Assembly (NCBI GenBank): GCA_037446635.1 | Contig: JBBIIG010000011.1 | Location: forward strand, 311-64,310 | Reading direction: 5' to 3' | Source: a bacterium | GTDB taxonomy: Bacteria > Zhuqueibacterota > Zhuqueibacteria > Oceanimicrobiales > Oceanimicrobiaceae | DNA: 64,000 nucleotides | Part shown: positions 54,795 to 64,000 of the stretch, in pieces | Position numbering within the stretch: position 1 is the first letter of the stretch | Layout of the letters: each line of letters opens with the position of its first letter | Position numbers and translations under genes: made by a program | Notes under the pieces: generated by a model | Database searches by the model: none | What the model was told of the DNA's origin: nothing | The model's input: the letters and a program-made list of their open reading frames with translations, nothing else

Positions 54795-57416
54795 ATGTTC
54801 AATATGCAAACGATTCGATTAGTTTTAATTGCATCTGCCGCCATCGGTTTTTGGATTATCGCCGGCAAGGCATCCCCGCAGGATTCGACGTTCACCCAAA
54901 CAGCAGCGCCACCAATTAATGTTTCGCGTGACACGACTCAAAGCGACATCCAACCCGCGAAAGTCGGCATCGACACCTCTGTCGCCTATTCCGCGCGCAT
55001 CGTGGACACCTTCAAAGATCGCAACGAGACTCACCTCATCGGCGACGCCACGTTGAAATACAAAAACATCACCATCACTGCCGGCAAGATCACCGTGAAG
55101 TGGAACGAGAACACGCTGATCGCCGAAACGCTGCCGGACAGCACGAACGGCCGGAACGCCAACGACGCGGATAGTCTTTCCACCCGCGCGAATGGCCGAC
55201 CTGTATTCACCGATGGCAAAGAGGAAATGACCGGCGATCGCATGGAGTACAATTTCAAAACCGACCGCGGGCGGATTTTGCGCGGCCGCACTCAATTTCA
55301 AGACGGCTACTACACCGGCGAAACCGTCAAGCGGGTGGAGGCCAAAGAATTCAACGTTGTCAACGGCCGCTACACCACTTGCGATCGCGAAGAGCCGCAC
55401 TTCCATTTTAAGGGAGATAAAATGAAAGTGATCATGGGCGACAAAGTGGTGGCCAAGCCGGTGACCTTTTTCATCGGCAAAATTCCGCTGGCGATTTTGC
55501 CGTTCGCGATGTTTTCCACGAAGGAGGATGGCCGGCAGTCGGGCGTTATCATTCCGCGGTTTGGAACCAGCCCGGATGAAGGGCGGTATTTGCAGGATTT
55601 GGGTTACTACTGGGCTGCGAACGATTACTTCGACGCCCGCGCTACACTGTCTTTTTTCGAAAAGACCGGCGTGCTGGTGAAGGGCGGCGTCAATTATGCG
55701 CTGCGCTATCATTTCACCGGTTCGGTTAGCGGTTCGTTCACCCGCAAAAATTTTGGCGCCACCAGCCAGCGCCGCTGGAACCTCGAGGTTCGGCATTCCC
55801 AGCAATTCAATCCCAACACCAGCCTCAACGTCAGCGCCAGTTTCGTGAACAATCGCAATTTCTATAGAGACTTGAGCGACAACCGCAATGAACGCCTCAA
55901 CCGCCAGCTTGTCTCCAACGGCACCTTTTCCACGCGCTGGGGCGAAGGCAAAAACAGTTTTTCCATCAACCTCTCGCAAACCAAAGATTTGGAAACCGGG
56001 CGCGAATTGATCACGCTGCCGCGGGCGAACTTCACCCGCAGCCAGAGCGCGCTTTTTCCGTTCGATGAAAAGAAAGCGCAGCGCACGAAAGCCAAGCAGA
56101 AGTGGTATAATTTCATCCGCTACAGCTACGGCAACCTGCTGGTTAACTCGACCAGTAGAGACAGCACCAACGACGCGAAAACCGATGTCGAGCGCCGGAT
56201 GGAACACGATTTGGCGCTGTCGTTTACGGCGCCGGGACGTATCTTCGGGTTTCTCACTTTCGGCCAGAATTTTAGTTTCGAGGAAGATTGGTTCGATCGC
56301 ACGCGCACCTTCAGTCTGGTGGATTCCAGTAACGCCATTGTTTTCAGAGAAGAAAAGGGGTTCGCCGCCCGGCACTTATTTCAATACAGCGTATCGGCCA
56401 GCACCAAACTCTACGGGACGTTTAATACGCGTGTGGGCCCGGTGCGCGGCCTACGCCACGTGGCCACGCCTTCGATTTCTTTCGCGTATCAACCGGATTT
56501 TTCTAATTCTTCCTGGGGTTATTACGAAACCGTTGTCGATACTTCCGGGCGCGAAATCAAACGGGATCGTTTTGAGGGCAGCGGCGCCAAACGTACTCCC
56601 ATGGGCGAATTGAACAACTTGAGCTTTTCCTTGAGCAATCTGTTTCAGATGAAATTGGGTCAGGGCGACAAAGAGAGGAAAATTGATCTGTTCAATCTCG
56701 ATTTTCGCGGCGGCTACAACTTTGCGGCGGACAGTTTCAAGGTGGCGAATTTGTCCACTAACTTTCGCGCCAATCCTAAAAAGGATCTCTCCGTCAGCAT
56801 GAATTTGAGCCACAGTTTTTATGATTTTGATCCCGCTACCGGCCGCCTGCGCAATCGGCTGCTGATAAAAGAAAACGGCTTTTTCAATGCGCTGCGGCTG
56901 CTGCAATTTAACTTCGACGCCCGTTGGAGCCTGCGCGGGAAAAGCGCCGCGGCGCAGCCGCCCGCCGGCGCGGCGCAGCCTCAAGGCGCGGAATCCCCAG
57001 GGCCAGCGGGCGCGCAGCCCGAAACCGGTTATCGCGATCCGCTGGCGCCGGAGAGGGCTTTCACGGCGTTGGATGTCCCCTGGAGCGCCAACATTGGGTT
57101 TTCGTACAGCGTCAACAAATTCAATCCCTTGAACACCACCCGTTCCGCCTACCTCGATCTCAGCAACGTGGAAGTGCAGCTCACCAAAAATTGGCGCGTG
57201 AGCTACAATCTGCGCTACGATATTGAGGGCGGCGAGGTGGCGGACCAGCGTATTGCGCTTTACCGTGATCTGCACTGCTGGGAGGCGCAGTTCAGTTGGA
57301 ACCCCTCGGGTATTGGGCAGGGGTTTTATTTTAAAATTGGCATCAAAGCGCCGCACTTGCAGGATATTAAGATCGAGCAGCGCGGCGGGACGACATCGGT
57401 GTTCCGGCCGTTTTGA
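54795..57416 (+). CDS. lptD: LPS-assembly protein LptD (FCB type)
   Basis: OstA-like N-domain, YTTCD..PH, RQSG..P.FG, YRDLHCW; start codon uncertain. Confidence 0.85.
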   Translation: MFNMQTIRLVLIASAAIGFWIIAGKASPQDSTFTQTAAPPINVSRDTTQSDIQPAKVGIDTSVAYSARIVDTFKDRNETHLIGDATLKYKNITITAGKITVKWNENTLIAETLPDSTNGRNANDADSLSTRANGRPVFTDGKEEMTGDRMEYNFKTDRGRILRGRTQFQDGYYTGETVKRVEAKEFNVVNGRYTTCDREEPHFHFKGDKMKVIMGDKVVAKPVTFFIGKIPLAILPFAMFSTKEDGRQSGVIIPRFGTSPDEGRYLQDLGYYWAANDYFDARATLSFFEKTGVLVKGGVNYALRYHFTGSVSGSFTRKNFGATSQRRWNLEVRHSQQFNPNTSLNVSASFVNNRNFYRDLSDNRNERLNRQLVSNGTFSTRWGEGKNSFSINLSQTKDLETGRELITLPRANFTRSQSALFPFDEKKAQRTKAKQKWYNFIRYSYGNLLVNSTSRDSTNDAKTDVERRMEHDLALSFTAPGRIFGFLTFGQNFSFEEDWFDRTRTFSLVDSSNAIVFREEKGFAARHLFQYSVSASTKLYGTFNTRVGPVRGLRHVATPSISFAYQPDFSNSSWGYYETVVDTSGREIKRDRFEGSGAKRTPMGELNNLSFSLSNLFQMKLGQGDKERKIDLFNLDFRGGYNFAADSFKVANLSTNFRANPKKDLSVSMNLSHSFYDFDPATGRLRNRLLIKENGFFNALRLLQFNFDARWSLRGKSAAAQPPAGAAQPQGAESPGPAGAQPETGYRDPLAPERAFTALDVPWSANIGFSYSVNKFNPLNTTRSAYLDLSNVEVQLTKNWRVSYNLRYDIEGGEVADQRIALYRDLHCWEAQFSWNPSGIGQGFYFKIGIKAPHLQDIKIEQRGGTTSVFRPF

Positions 57417-57431
57417 AGTTTTGAAATTCGT
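57378..57431 (+). repeat. Direct repeat copy 1 (lptD 3' end)
   Basis: Matches 58061-58111. Confidence 0.85.
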
Positions 57432-57721
57432 TAGAAATGTCTCGGGAAATCCATAGAATCATGCAAGACTCTTATGATCTCGATGCCTTCGGAAGTAGGA
57501 CGGTAGAAGATGACGTGCCGGCCGTCGTGATAGCTATAAGGTGAGCCAATGATTTCGTCGCGTTTTTTTCCACTCTGTGGTTGTTTAGCCAGGTAGGAGA
57601 ATCTATCTTTAAGCTGCTTTAAGTAGTTGAAGCGTTGTTCCCGGCCCCATTGTTGGTCCGTGTAACGGCTGATGTCTCGTAAATCGTCCAGAGCTTTGGG
57701 AGTGATCTTGACTTTTTTCAT
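57431..57721 (-). CDS. parE: ParE/RelE toxin
   Basis: ITPKALDDLRDI..YT..QWG, HVIFYR, IIRVLHDSMD. Confidence 0.9.
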   Translation of the reverse strand: MKKVKITPKALDDLRDISRYTDQQWGREQRFNYLKQLKDRFSYLAKQPQSGKKRDEIIGSPYSYHDGRHVIFYRPTSEGIEIIRVLHDSMDFPRHF

Positions 57722-57978
57722 TACTTCGCAGTTGTGTACCCTAACTCCTGATCAACTTCTTGCATTAGATCATCAAAATCAAACTCTATAAATTGCCCGT
57801 TATTCGCTTGCTCAAGGCCAATGGCAATTTCTTGATTCAACGCCTCGAGTTTCTTTTTGTAATAATTTCCATACCTTAAAACGATATCTGAGATAAATGC
57901 ATCAGCGTCCGCATAAATTCCGGACTCTACTTGGTTTTTTACAATTTCTGCGGCTTTTTCAGATAGTTGTATTTTCAT
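57721..57978 (-). CDS. parD: ParD-like antitoxin
   Basis: QVESGIY, KLEALNQEIAIGL; coupled to parE. Confidence 0.8.
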   Translation of the reverse strand: MKIQLSEKAAEIVKNQVESGIYADADAFISDIVLRYGNYYKKKLEALNQEIAIGLEQANNGQFIEFDFDDLMQEVDQELGYTTAK

Positions 57979-58060
57979 CGTACGTTCCTTTTTCTGTCGC
58001 TCTCAATTAAATAAATCCTAAAAATTATGCAAGCCATTTTTTGTGATATTTAGTTTGCAG

Positions 58061-58111
58061 CAACGCGGCGGCACGACGTCGGTATTCCGGCCGTTTTAGG
58101 TTGTAATTCGT
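58061..58111 (+). repeat. Direct repeat copy 2 (displaced lptD 3' end)
   Basis: Encodes QRGGTTSVFRPF-stop with synonymous changes only. Confidence 0.85.
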
Positions 58112-58218
58112 AAGCGCTTTGTAAATAAGGGCTTTCCTGCTCGCAACTTTTGCTTGCATTTACCTTGTCAAAATCTTATATTCACACGACTTGACGAATA
58201 TCTTTACAGGGAAGCGAA

Positions 58219-58986
58219 ATGTCCAGACGGATTATCACGATTGCGAACCAAAAAGGAGGAGTGGGGAAGACCACCACCGCCGTCAATCTTTCGGCGTGCC
58301 TGGCGGTGGCGGAGCACCCGACGCTTTTGATTGACATCGACCCGCAGGCCAACTCCACCAGCGGCCTCGGCTTGAATCCCAAAAACATCCAAAAAAGCAT
58401 CTATGAAGTCGTCATTGAAAATCTCGATATTGAGAGCGCCATCACCAAAACCAGTTTGGATTATTTAGACGTTCTGCCGTCGGCCACCCGGCTGGCCGGG
58501 GCGGAGATCGAGTTGGTGAACACTATGTCGCGCGAACGCGTGCTTACCGGCGCTTTGCAGGGACTGAAAAGAAAATACGATTACATTTTCATCGACTGTC
58601 CGCCGTCGCTGGGGCTGCTGACCATCAACGCCCTCACCGCCGCCAATTCCGTGCTCATCCCCATTCAATGCGAATATTATGCGCTGGAGGGGCTGGGGCA
58701 ATTGCTCAACACCATCCGCCTGGTGCAAAAAAATCTGAATCCGAAATTAGTCATCGAAGGCGTGCTGCTGACGATGTACGACGGCCGGCTCAATCTTTCG
58801 AAACAGGTGGCCGACGAGGTCAAAAAATATTTCGAAGACAGAGTTTTCAAAACCATCATCGATCGCAACGTGCGGCTGAGCGAAGCCCCCAGTTACGGCA
58901 AACCGATCATCCTCTACGACGCCATCTCCAAGGGTTCGGAAAACTATATGAACTTAGCTGAGGAAATCTTAAGCAATGGCCGTTAA
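58219..58986 (+). CDS. parA: Chromosome partitioning ATPase ParA/Soj
   Basis: [36 protein letters not shown]. Confidence 0.96.
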   Translation: MSRRIITIANQKGGVGKTTTAVNLSACLAVAEHPTLLIDIDPQANSTSGLGLNPKNIQKSIYEVVIENLDIESAITKTSLDYLDVLPSATRLAGAEIELVNTMSRERVLTGALQGLKRKYDYIFIDCPPSLGLLTINALTAANSVLIPIQCEYYALEGLGQLLNTIRLVQKNLNPKLVIEGVLLTMYDGRLNLSKQVADEVKKYFEDRVFKTIIDRNVRLSEAPSYGKPIILYDAISKGSENYMNLAEEILSNGR

Positions 58987-59851
58987 GCGGTTGGGCAAAG
59001 GCTTAGGAGCCCTCATCCCTGATTTTTCCGAGACCGATGTTCAGCAATCGGAGCGCCTGCGCGATATTGACGTCTCCAAAGTTACCCCGAACCCCTTCCA
59101 GCCCCGGGAAACCTTCGACCCCGTCGCCCTCGAGGAACTAAAACAATCGATCTCCGAAAACGGCGTCATCCAGCCCATCACCGTGCGCGAAGTGGATTCC
59201 GGCTACCAGCTCATTGCGGGCGAGCGCCGGCTGCGGGCGGTGCGCGATTTGGGATTGGATCGCATTCCGGCATACGTGCTGCAAGTGAACACCGATGCCG
59301 AGATGATCGAGCTGTCGCTTATCGAAAATATCCAGCGGGAAAACCTCAACCCCATCGACGAGGCCAACGGTTACCAGACCCTCATCACCAAGTGCCGGCT
59401 GACCCAGGACGAGGTAGCGAAAAAGGTCGGCAAAGACCGCTCGACCGTCACCAACTTTTTGCGGCTGCTGAAATTGCCGAAGATCATTCAGGACAGCCTG
59501 ATTGCCGGCGACATCACCACGGGCCACGCCCGCGCGCTGCTGGGGCTTCCCAGCGCCGGCGAGCAGGTGACGCTGTGGAAGAAAACCGTCGCCAACAAAT
59601 ACTCCGTGCGCCAGGTAGAAAATCTGGTCAAAAAATTCACCGAAACTCCAACCAAGAAAAAGGAAACGCGCAAAGAAAGCAACCCCTTTGTGCGCGAAAT
59701 CGAGGATAAAATAAGAAGCATTTTAGGAACGCAGGTCCGCATCCTCGAAAACAGCAAAGGCCGGGCTGGTAAAATCGAAATTGAATATTACTCGAAGTCC
59801 GACTTAGAACGAATTCTGGAAATGCTCGAGCAGATTCAGGCAGAAATTTGA
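58976..59851 (+). CDS. parB: Chromosome partitioning protein ParB/Spo0J
   Basis: [30 protein letters not shown]. Confidence 0.96.
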   Translation: MAVKRLGKGLGALIPDFSETDVQQSERLRDIDVSKVTPNPFQPRETFDPVALEELKQSISENGVIQPITVREVDSGYQLIAGERRLRAVRDLGLDRIPAYVLQVNTDAEMIELSLIENIQRENLNPIDEANGYQTLITKCRLTQDEVAKKVGKDRSTVTNFLRLLKLPKIIQDSLIAGDITTGHARALLGLPSAGEQVTLWKKTVANKYSVRQVENLVKKFTETPTKKKETRKESNPFVREIEDKIRSILGTQVRILENSKGRAGKIEIEYYSKSDLERILEMLEQIQAEI

Positions 59852-59949
59852 GCCTTGCTTTTTGTGGAAATTATCTCTAAATTGCGCGCCGTTTCTTCAC
59901 TTGTGATTTTTTTTCATATATATAGATGAAATTTTCAAACTTGAAATAC

Positions 59950-60861
59950 ATGCAAAAACGAAGCGCCAAACGAATCTCCATCATGGTGGTGCCGGAGGAC
60001 GACCGCGAGCCCGTCAGTTTTCGCCTGCGCACGAGCACCGTCAAACTTCTCTATGTCTTAGGCGCGATTTTGTTGGTGCACATCATCATTGGCGCCATTT
60101 ATTATTTTAAATACGCCAATCTGCTCGATTACAACCAGCAGATTCTGGCACACAACGGCCAGCTTCAGGAAGACAACAAGCGCGTCAATACTCTGGCCAA
60201 TCAACTTTCCATTTTAGAGCAAGAGTATAAAAAAGTTCGCAGCTTGCTGGGAGTGGACGGCGGCAGCGCCAGTAATACTCTGCACGCGCAAGCCAATAGC
60301 GCGGCAACCTATTCTGAGCCTTCTTTTCAAACGGACAATTTGCTGGCGCAGGTTGCAAACGAATTGGACAACAATTCCGGGTTGGATTTTTACGAAGCCC
60401 GCAACCGGGTTTTGGTCGCGAATAACCACCGCCGCCTGAATTTTTATCCCGAAAACATCCCCAGCCAGATGCCGGTGAAAGGCTTTCTTACATTGGATTT
60501 TCAAAAGGAGGCCTGGTTTTCGGCCAAGAGCCACTCCGGCATCGATATCGTCGCCAAAAAAGGCACCATCATTCGCGCCGCGGGCTCGGGGGTGGTGGTC
60601 TTCGCAAACTGGACAGTGGATTTAGGCAATTTGGTCATCATCGATCACGGCGGCGGCTTCCTCAGTTTTTACGGCCACAACCAGCGAATTTTGGTGGCGG
60701 AAAAAAACCTGGTGAAAAAGGGCGATCCCATCTCGCTGCTGGGAACCTCCGGCAAAAGCTCCGGACCGCATCTTCATTTTGAAATTTGGCGGGACGGCGT
60801 TCCGGTCGATCCCAAAGAGTATGTTACCGATTTTAACGAAGGCGTCAACGCTAAATTCTAA
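59950..60861 (+). CDS. M23 family peptidase with TM and coiled coil
   Basis: HSGID, YGH, GPHLHFE. Confidence 0.9.
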   Translation: MQKRSAKRISIMVVPEDDREPVSFRLRTSTVKLLYVLGAILLVHIIIGAIYYFKYANLLDYNQQILAHNGQLQEDNKRVNTLANQLSILEQEYKKVRSLLGVDGGSASNTLHAQANSAATYSEPSFQTDNLLAQVANELDNNSGLDFYEARNRVLVANNHRRLNFYPENIPSQMPVKGFLTLDFQKEAWFSAKSHSGIDIVAKKGTIIRAAGSGVVVFANWTVDLGNLVIIDHGGGFLSFYGHNQRILVAEKNLVKKGDPISLLGTSGKSSGPHLHFEIWRDGVPVDPKEYVTDFNEGVNAKF

Positions 60862-60891
60862 CTGGCTTTTTAAACTTCCAAGGGCAAACAC

Positions 60892-61329
60892 ATGATCGGC
60901 AGAAAAAACGGCGACGAATTCGAGGCCGGCGGCAACCTTAACACGATGCTCGGCAAAGGCTCATCTTTTGAAGGAACTCTGAAAGTGCAGAGCACTCTGC
61001 GCGTGGATGGGAAAATCAAGGGCAACGTTTCCGCCAGTGAGTCCCTGGTGGTGGGTAAAGAAGGCGATATCAACGGCGAGGTGGTGGTGCGCAACGCGGT
61101 CATTGGCGGAAAACTCAAAGGAAAATTGACCGCCTCCGGCAAAGTGGTGTTAGAGGCCAGCTCGGTTTTTTTGGGGGAGATGAAAACCGGCAAGCTGGTC
61201 ATTCACGAAGGCGCGGTGTTTGAGGGCAACTGCTCCATGGACGGCGCCAGCGGCGGCGACCGCAAAAGCGAATACGGCAAGAGTCTCTCCGCCATTCTCG
61301 AAAAGGAAGAAAAAGTAAGCAAATCGTGA
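60892..61329 (+). CDS. Bactofilin (CcmA family)
   Basis: TMLGKGSSFEGTL, LRVDG, IHEGAVFEGNCSM. Confidence 0.92.
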   Translation: MIGRKNGDEFEAGGNLNTMLGKGSSFEGTLKVQSTLRVDGKIKGNVSASESLVVGKEGDINGEVVVRNAVIGGKLKGKLTASGKVVLEASSVFLGEMKTGKLVIHEGAVFEGNCSMDGASGGDRKSEYGKSLSAILEKEEKVSKS

Positions 61330-61571
61330 ATCAGAAATCGCACAAGGCGGATCAGGGATTGAAAGGCGTGGCGTTTTATATGGATTTGGGGTGGCGGTTT
61401 GCGCTGGCGATTGCTTTGGGAGCGGGCGGCGGCTACTGGCTCGATTCAAAACTTCAGACTCTCCCATTATTTGTGATTGTTGGTTTACTTTTGGGGGCGA
61501 CCTCCGGCTTTCTGACGATCTATCGGGCGGTCTTTCCACCGAATTCGACAAAGACGCGTGAACGTGAGTGA
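61326..61571 (+). CDS. atpZ: AtpZ/AtpI family protein
   Basis: GYWLDSKLQTLP; two TMs; upstream of the atp operon. Confidence 0.8.
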   Translation: MNQKSHKADQGLKGVAFYMDLGWRFALAIALGAGGGYWLDSKLQTLPLFVIVGLLLGATSGFLTIYRAVFPPNSTKTRERE

Positions 61572-61953
61572 GAATTTCAAATTTCTGATTCAAATCAGCG
61601 GTCTGACCTCCGTTCTGCTTCTGGCGGCGCTCGTTCCGGTTTTGTACTTTGGCAGCCCCCGCCTGGCGTGGGGCGTCTTTTGCGGCTACCTGGTGAGCCT
61701 CGTCAACATCTTACTGGCGTTCTTTTCCATTCGCTGGGCGTTCCACAAATCCACCAAAACTTTCTTTGCGGTGGTGGTCGGCGGCATGGGATTGCGGTTT
61801 TTCATTTTAGCGGCAGTGATGTTTTTCGTGTGGAAATTGGCGTTGGCGCCGCTGCCGGCGTTTGCGATTTCGCTGGTGGGATTTTATTTAACGCTGCAAA
61901 TTTTTGAGATTAGGTTTATTCAGAGAGAGCTTCGAGCTAATAAAACAACCTAA
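61558..61953 (+). CDS. atpI: ATP synthase protein I
   Basis: Four TMs, GMGLRF; position in the operon. Confidence 0.7.
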   Translation: MNVSENFKFLIQISGLTSVLLLAALVPVLYFGSPRLAWGVFCGYLVSLVNILLAFFSIRWAFHKSTKTFFAVVVGGMGLRFFILAAVMFFVWKLALAPLPAFAISLVGFYLTLQIFEIRFIQRELRANKTT

Positions 61954-61991
61954 CGCGGACTAAATAGATTTCACCTGTAAGAGACTAAATT

Positions 61992-62783
61992 ATGATCAAT
62001 TGGCTTTTGACTGGCGGCGAAGAGAGCGGCGGGGAAAAATTAGGCGCCGATTTCATAATGGGCCACATCGTTGACCACCCGCTCGTGCACATCGAAATTT
62101 TTGGATTCGATCTCTCCATCACCAAGCACGTGCTGATGATGTGGATTGTGTCGGCGATACTGATCGCGGTTTTTGCGGCGGCGTTTCGCAAACCGAAACT
62201 TGTTCCGCGCGGCCTCGCCAACTTTTTCGAGTTCATCATCGAGTACCTCGACAAAGAGGTGATGAAACCGTATTTGGGCAGCCACTCTCATCATTACGCG
62301 CCTTATTTGTTGACGGCCTTCTTTTTCATTTTGATCAGCAACTTGCTGGGGCTGGTGCCGGGCGCCGCCACCGCCACCGGCAACATCAGCGTCACCGCCG
62401 CGATGGCGCTGCTGACGTTTGCGATGGTGCAGATCGCCGGCATCAAAAATCACGGGCTGGTGGGATATTTCAAGGGCCTCATCCCGCCCGGCCTGCCAAT
62501 CTTCATTTTGCCCATCATGGTGCCGGTGGAACTCATCAGCTTGTGCACCAAGCACTTCGCGCTGGCGATTCGTCTTTTCGCCAATATGGTGGCGGGGCAC
62601 GTAGTTATCTTCGCGCTGCTGCTGATTATCTTCACTTTCAAAAGCTACGTCATCGGCGCGGTCACCTTGGGCGGCATTTTGTTCGTGAGTTTGCTGGAGA
62701 TTTTGATCGCGCTGATACAGGCGTACATTTTCACGATTTTGTCGTCGGTGTTCATTGGCATGGCGGTGCATCAGGAGCACTAA
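61992..62783 (+). CDS. atpB: ATP synthase F0 subunit a
   Basis: NLLGLVP, ALAIRLFANMVAGH, IQAYIF. Confidence 0.96.
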   Translation: MINWLLTGGEESGGEKLGADFIMGHIVDHPLVHIEIFGFDLSITKHVLMMWIVSAILIAVFAAAFRKPKLVPRGLANFFEFIIEYLDKEVMKPYLGSHSHHYAPYLLTAFFFILISNLLGLVPGAATATGNISVTAAMALLTFAMVQIAGIKNHGLVGYFKGLIPPGLPIFILPIMVPVELISLCTKHFALAIRLFANMVAGHVVIFALLLIIFTFKSYVIGAVTLGGILFVSLLEILIALIQAYIFTILSSVFIGMAVHQEH

Positions 62784-62801
62784 CCGCCGATTAGTTTGAT
62801 A

Positions 62802-62937
62802 GGATGTGGTGGGATGTTGGAGTATTGGAGTGTTGAATAAACGCGGATTGATGGATTGATGGATTAATGGATGAGTGGACTACTGGCACTGATTCGCGAG
62901 TGGCGTTTCACGTCTCACTCCATTACTCCATTACTCC
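62802..62937. repeat. Octamer tandem repeats with complementary arm
   Basis: GGAGTATT/GGAGTGTT, (GGATTGAT)n, then ACTCCATTACTCCATTACTCC. Confidence 0.7.
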
Positions 62938-63018
62938 TCGTTATTGAGTGGACGAGGGAGAGGGTTACAAAATAAGTTTGGAAGGAATACATTTTAATCT
63001 AACCATTTAGGAGGATTC

Positions 63019-63246
63019 ATGTCAGAGATTGCCTATGCGTTTTTAGCGGGAGGATTTGGAGCGGGAATTACGGTAATTGGCGGCGCTTACGGCGTCAGCA
63101 AGTTGGCCAGCGCGGCAATGGAAGGCATTGCTCGTCAGCCGGAAGCCGCTGGCGACATCCGCGGCGTCACCATCATCACCGCCGCCATGATCGAAGGGGT
63201 GGCGCTGCTGGCGTTGGTTATCTGCTTCTTACTCAGCCTTAAATAA
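63019..63246 (+). CDS. atpE: ATP synthase F0 subunit c
   Basis: ARQPE, MIEGVAL. Confidence 0.96.
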   Translation: MSEIAYAFLAGGFGAGITVIGGAYGVSKLASAAMEGIARQPEAAGDIRGVTIITAAMIEGVALLALVICFLLSLK

Positions 63247-63258
63247 AAAAGTACGAAT

Positions 63259-63750
63259 ATGCTACTCGATCCACATTGGGGTACATTGTTTTGGACCGCG
63301 CTGACGTTTGTCTTGCTGCTGGTCATTCTCAAAAAGCTGGCGTGGACGCCCATCTTGCAAACGCTCGCGGAACGTGAGCGGCGCATCCGCGAGGCGCTGG
63401 AAAAGGCCGAGGCCACGCAAAAAGAAACCGAAGCAGCAATGGCGCAGCACCAGGCCAACCTCGAAGCCGCTAAACGCGAGGCGCAGGAACTGTTGGCCAA
63501 AAGTCGCAAAACCGCGGATGCCGCTAAAGAGGAAATTTTGCAGAAAGCGCAGGCTGAGGCCAACAGTTTGTTAGAGCGCGCCAAACGCGAAATTTCGCTG
63601 GAGCGCGAAAAAGCGGTGGAAGAAATCAAAAAGCAAACGGCGGAGCTGTCCGTGCAGATTGCGTCCAAGCTGATTGGCAAGTCGCTCTCGAAAGAGGATC
63701 ACAAACAGCTCATCGAGGAATCGCTTAAAAAAATGGTGCAGGTTAATTGA
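63259..63750 (+). CDS. atpF: ATP synthase F0 subunit b
   Basis: FWTALTF..AWTPI..ERE; coiled coil. Confidence 0.95.
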   Translation: MLLDPHWGTLFWTALTFVLLLVILKKLAWTPILQTLAERERRIREALEKAEATQKETEAAMAQHQANLEAAKREAQELLAKSRKTADAAKEEILQKAQAEANSLLERAKREISLEREKAVEEIKKQTAELSVQIASKLIGKSLSKEDHKQLIEESLKKMVQVN

Positions 63751-64000
63751 AAGAAAATATTCTGGCAAAACGTTACGCCAAAGCTCTCTTTCAATTGGCA
63801 AAAGAACGGCGGCTGCTGGAGAAAATTCCGAGCGAGGTTGAATTTTTGGACGCCAATGTGAGCGGCCATTCCGAGCTGCGGAGGCTGATTAGCTCTCAGG
63901 AAATCAAGAAGAGCGAAAAAAAGAAAATTCTCGAGAAGCTTCTGCAGGATCGCGTCTCCAACGTTTTCTTCAATTTCATCACGCTGCTGTTGATGAAAAA
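63747..64000 (+). CDS. atpH: ATP synthase F1 subunit delta (3'-truncated by the window)
   Basis: TTG start overlapping the atpF stop; LAKRYAKALF. Confidence 0.88.
   Translation, partial: MKENILAKRYAKALFQLAKERRLLEKIPSEVEFLDANVSGHSELRRLISSQEIKKSEKKKILEKLLQDRVSNVFFNFITLLLMK

Noticed and set aside
62905..62918. parS-like GTTTCACGT (similar at about 1646)
   Set aside because: Half match only to TGTTTCACGTGAAACA; part of short-period repeats.

Overview
Bacterial chromosomal window of moderate GC with AT-rich spacers. Gene content (LptD, outer-membrane beta-barrels, TIGR03545/6, MglAB, FCB-like atp operon) fits a diderm, possibly FCB-group (KSB1/Calditrichota-like) organism; this is inference only. 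It carries about 65 CDSs: two Ser/Thr kinases, an mglB-mglA-roadblock operon, housekeeping enzymes, several c-type cytochrome modules, two toxin-antitoxin modules, rarA-lptD, parAB-M23-bactofilin and the start of the F0F1 atp operon. A REP-associated tyrosine transposase is present with many palindromic REP-like elements of several families. No rRNA, tRNA or CRISPR array was seen. Best leads: (1) a divergent pair of GGA-rich, hairpin-terminated candidate CsrA/Rsm-type sRNAs at 1.67-2.16 kb, one behind a sigma54 promoter; (2) tandem GYF_2-MinD/FlhG fusion paralogs around a lone groES; (3) a ParDE module bracketed by a synonymously recoded duplicate of the lptD 3' end; (4) a cytochrome c'-beta / cytochrome c / Cys-rich MarR operon with two visible operators; (5) REP palindromes that supply the stop codons of five genes; (6) a Rieske-less cytochrome b-diheme c fusion; (7) a 32-bp hairpin tandem array. 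Three single-base frameshifts may be sequencing errors.
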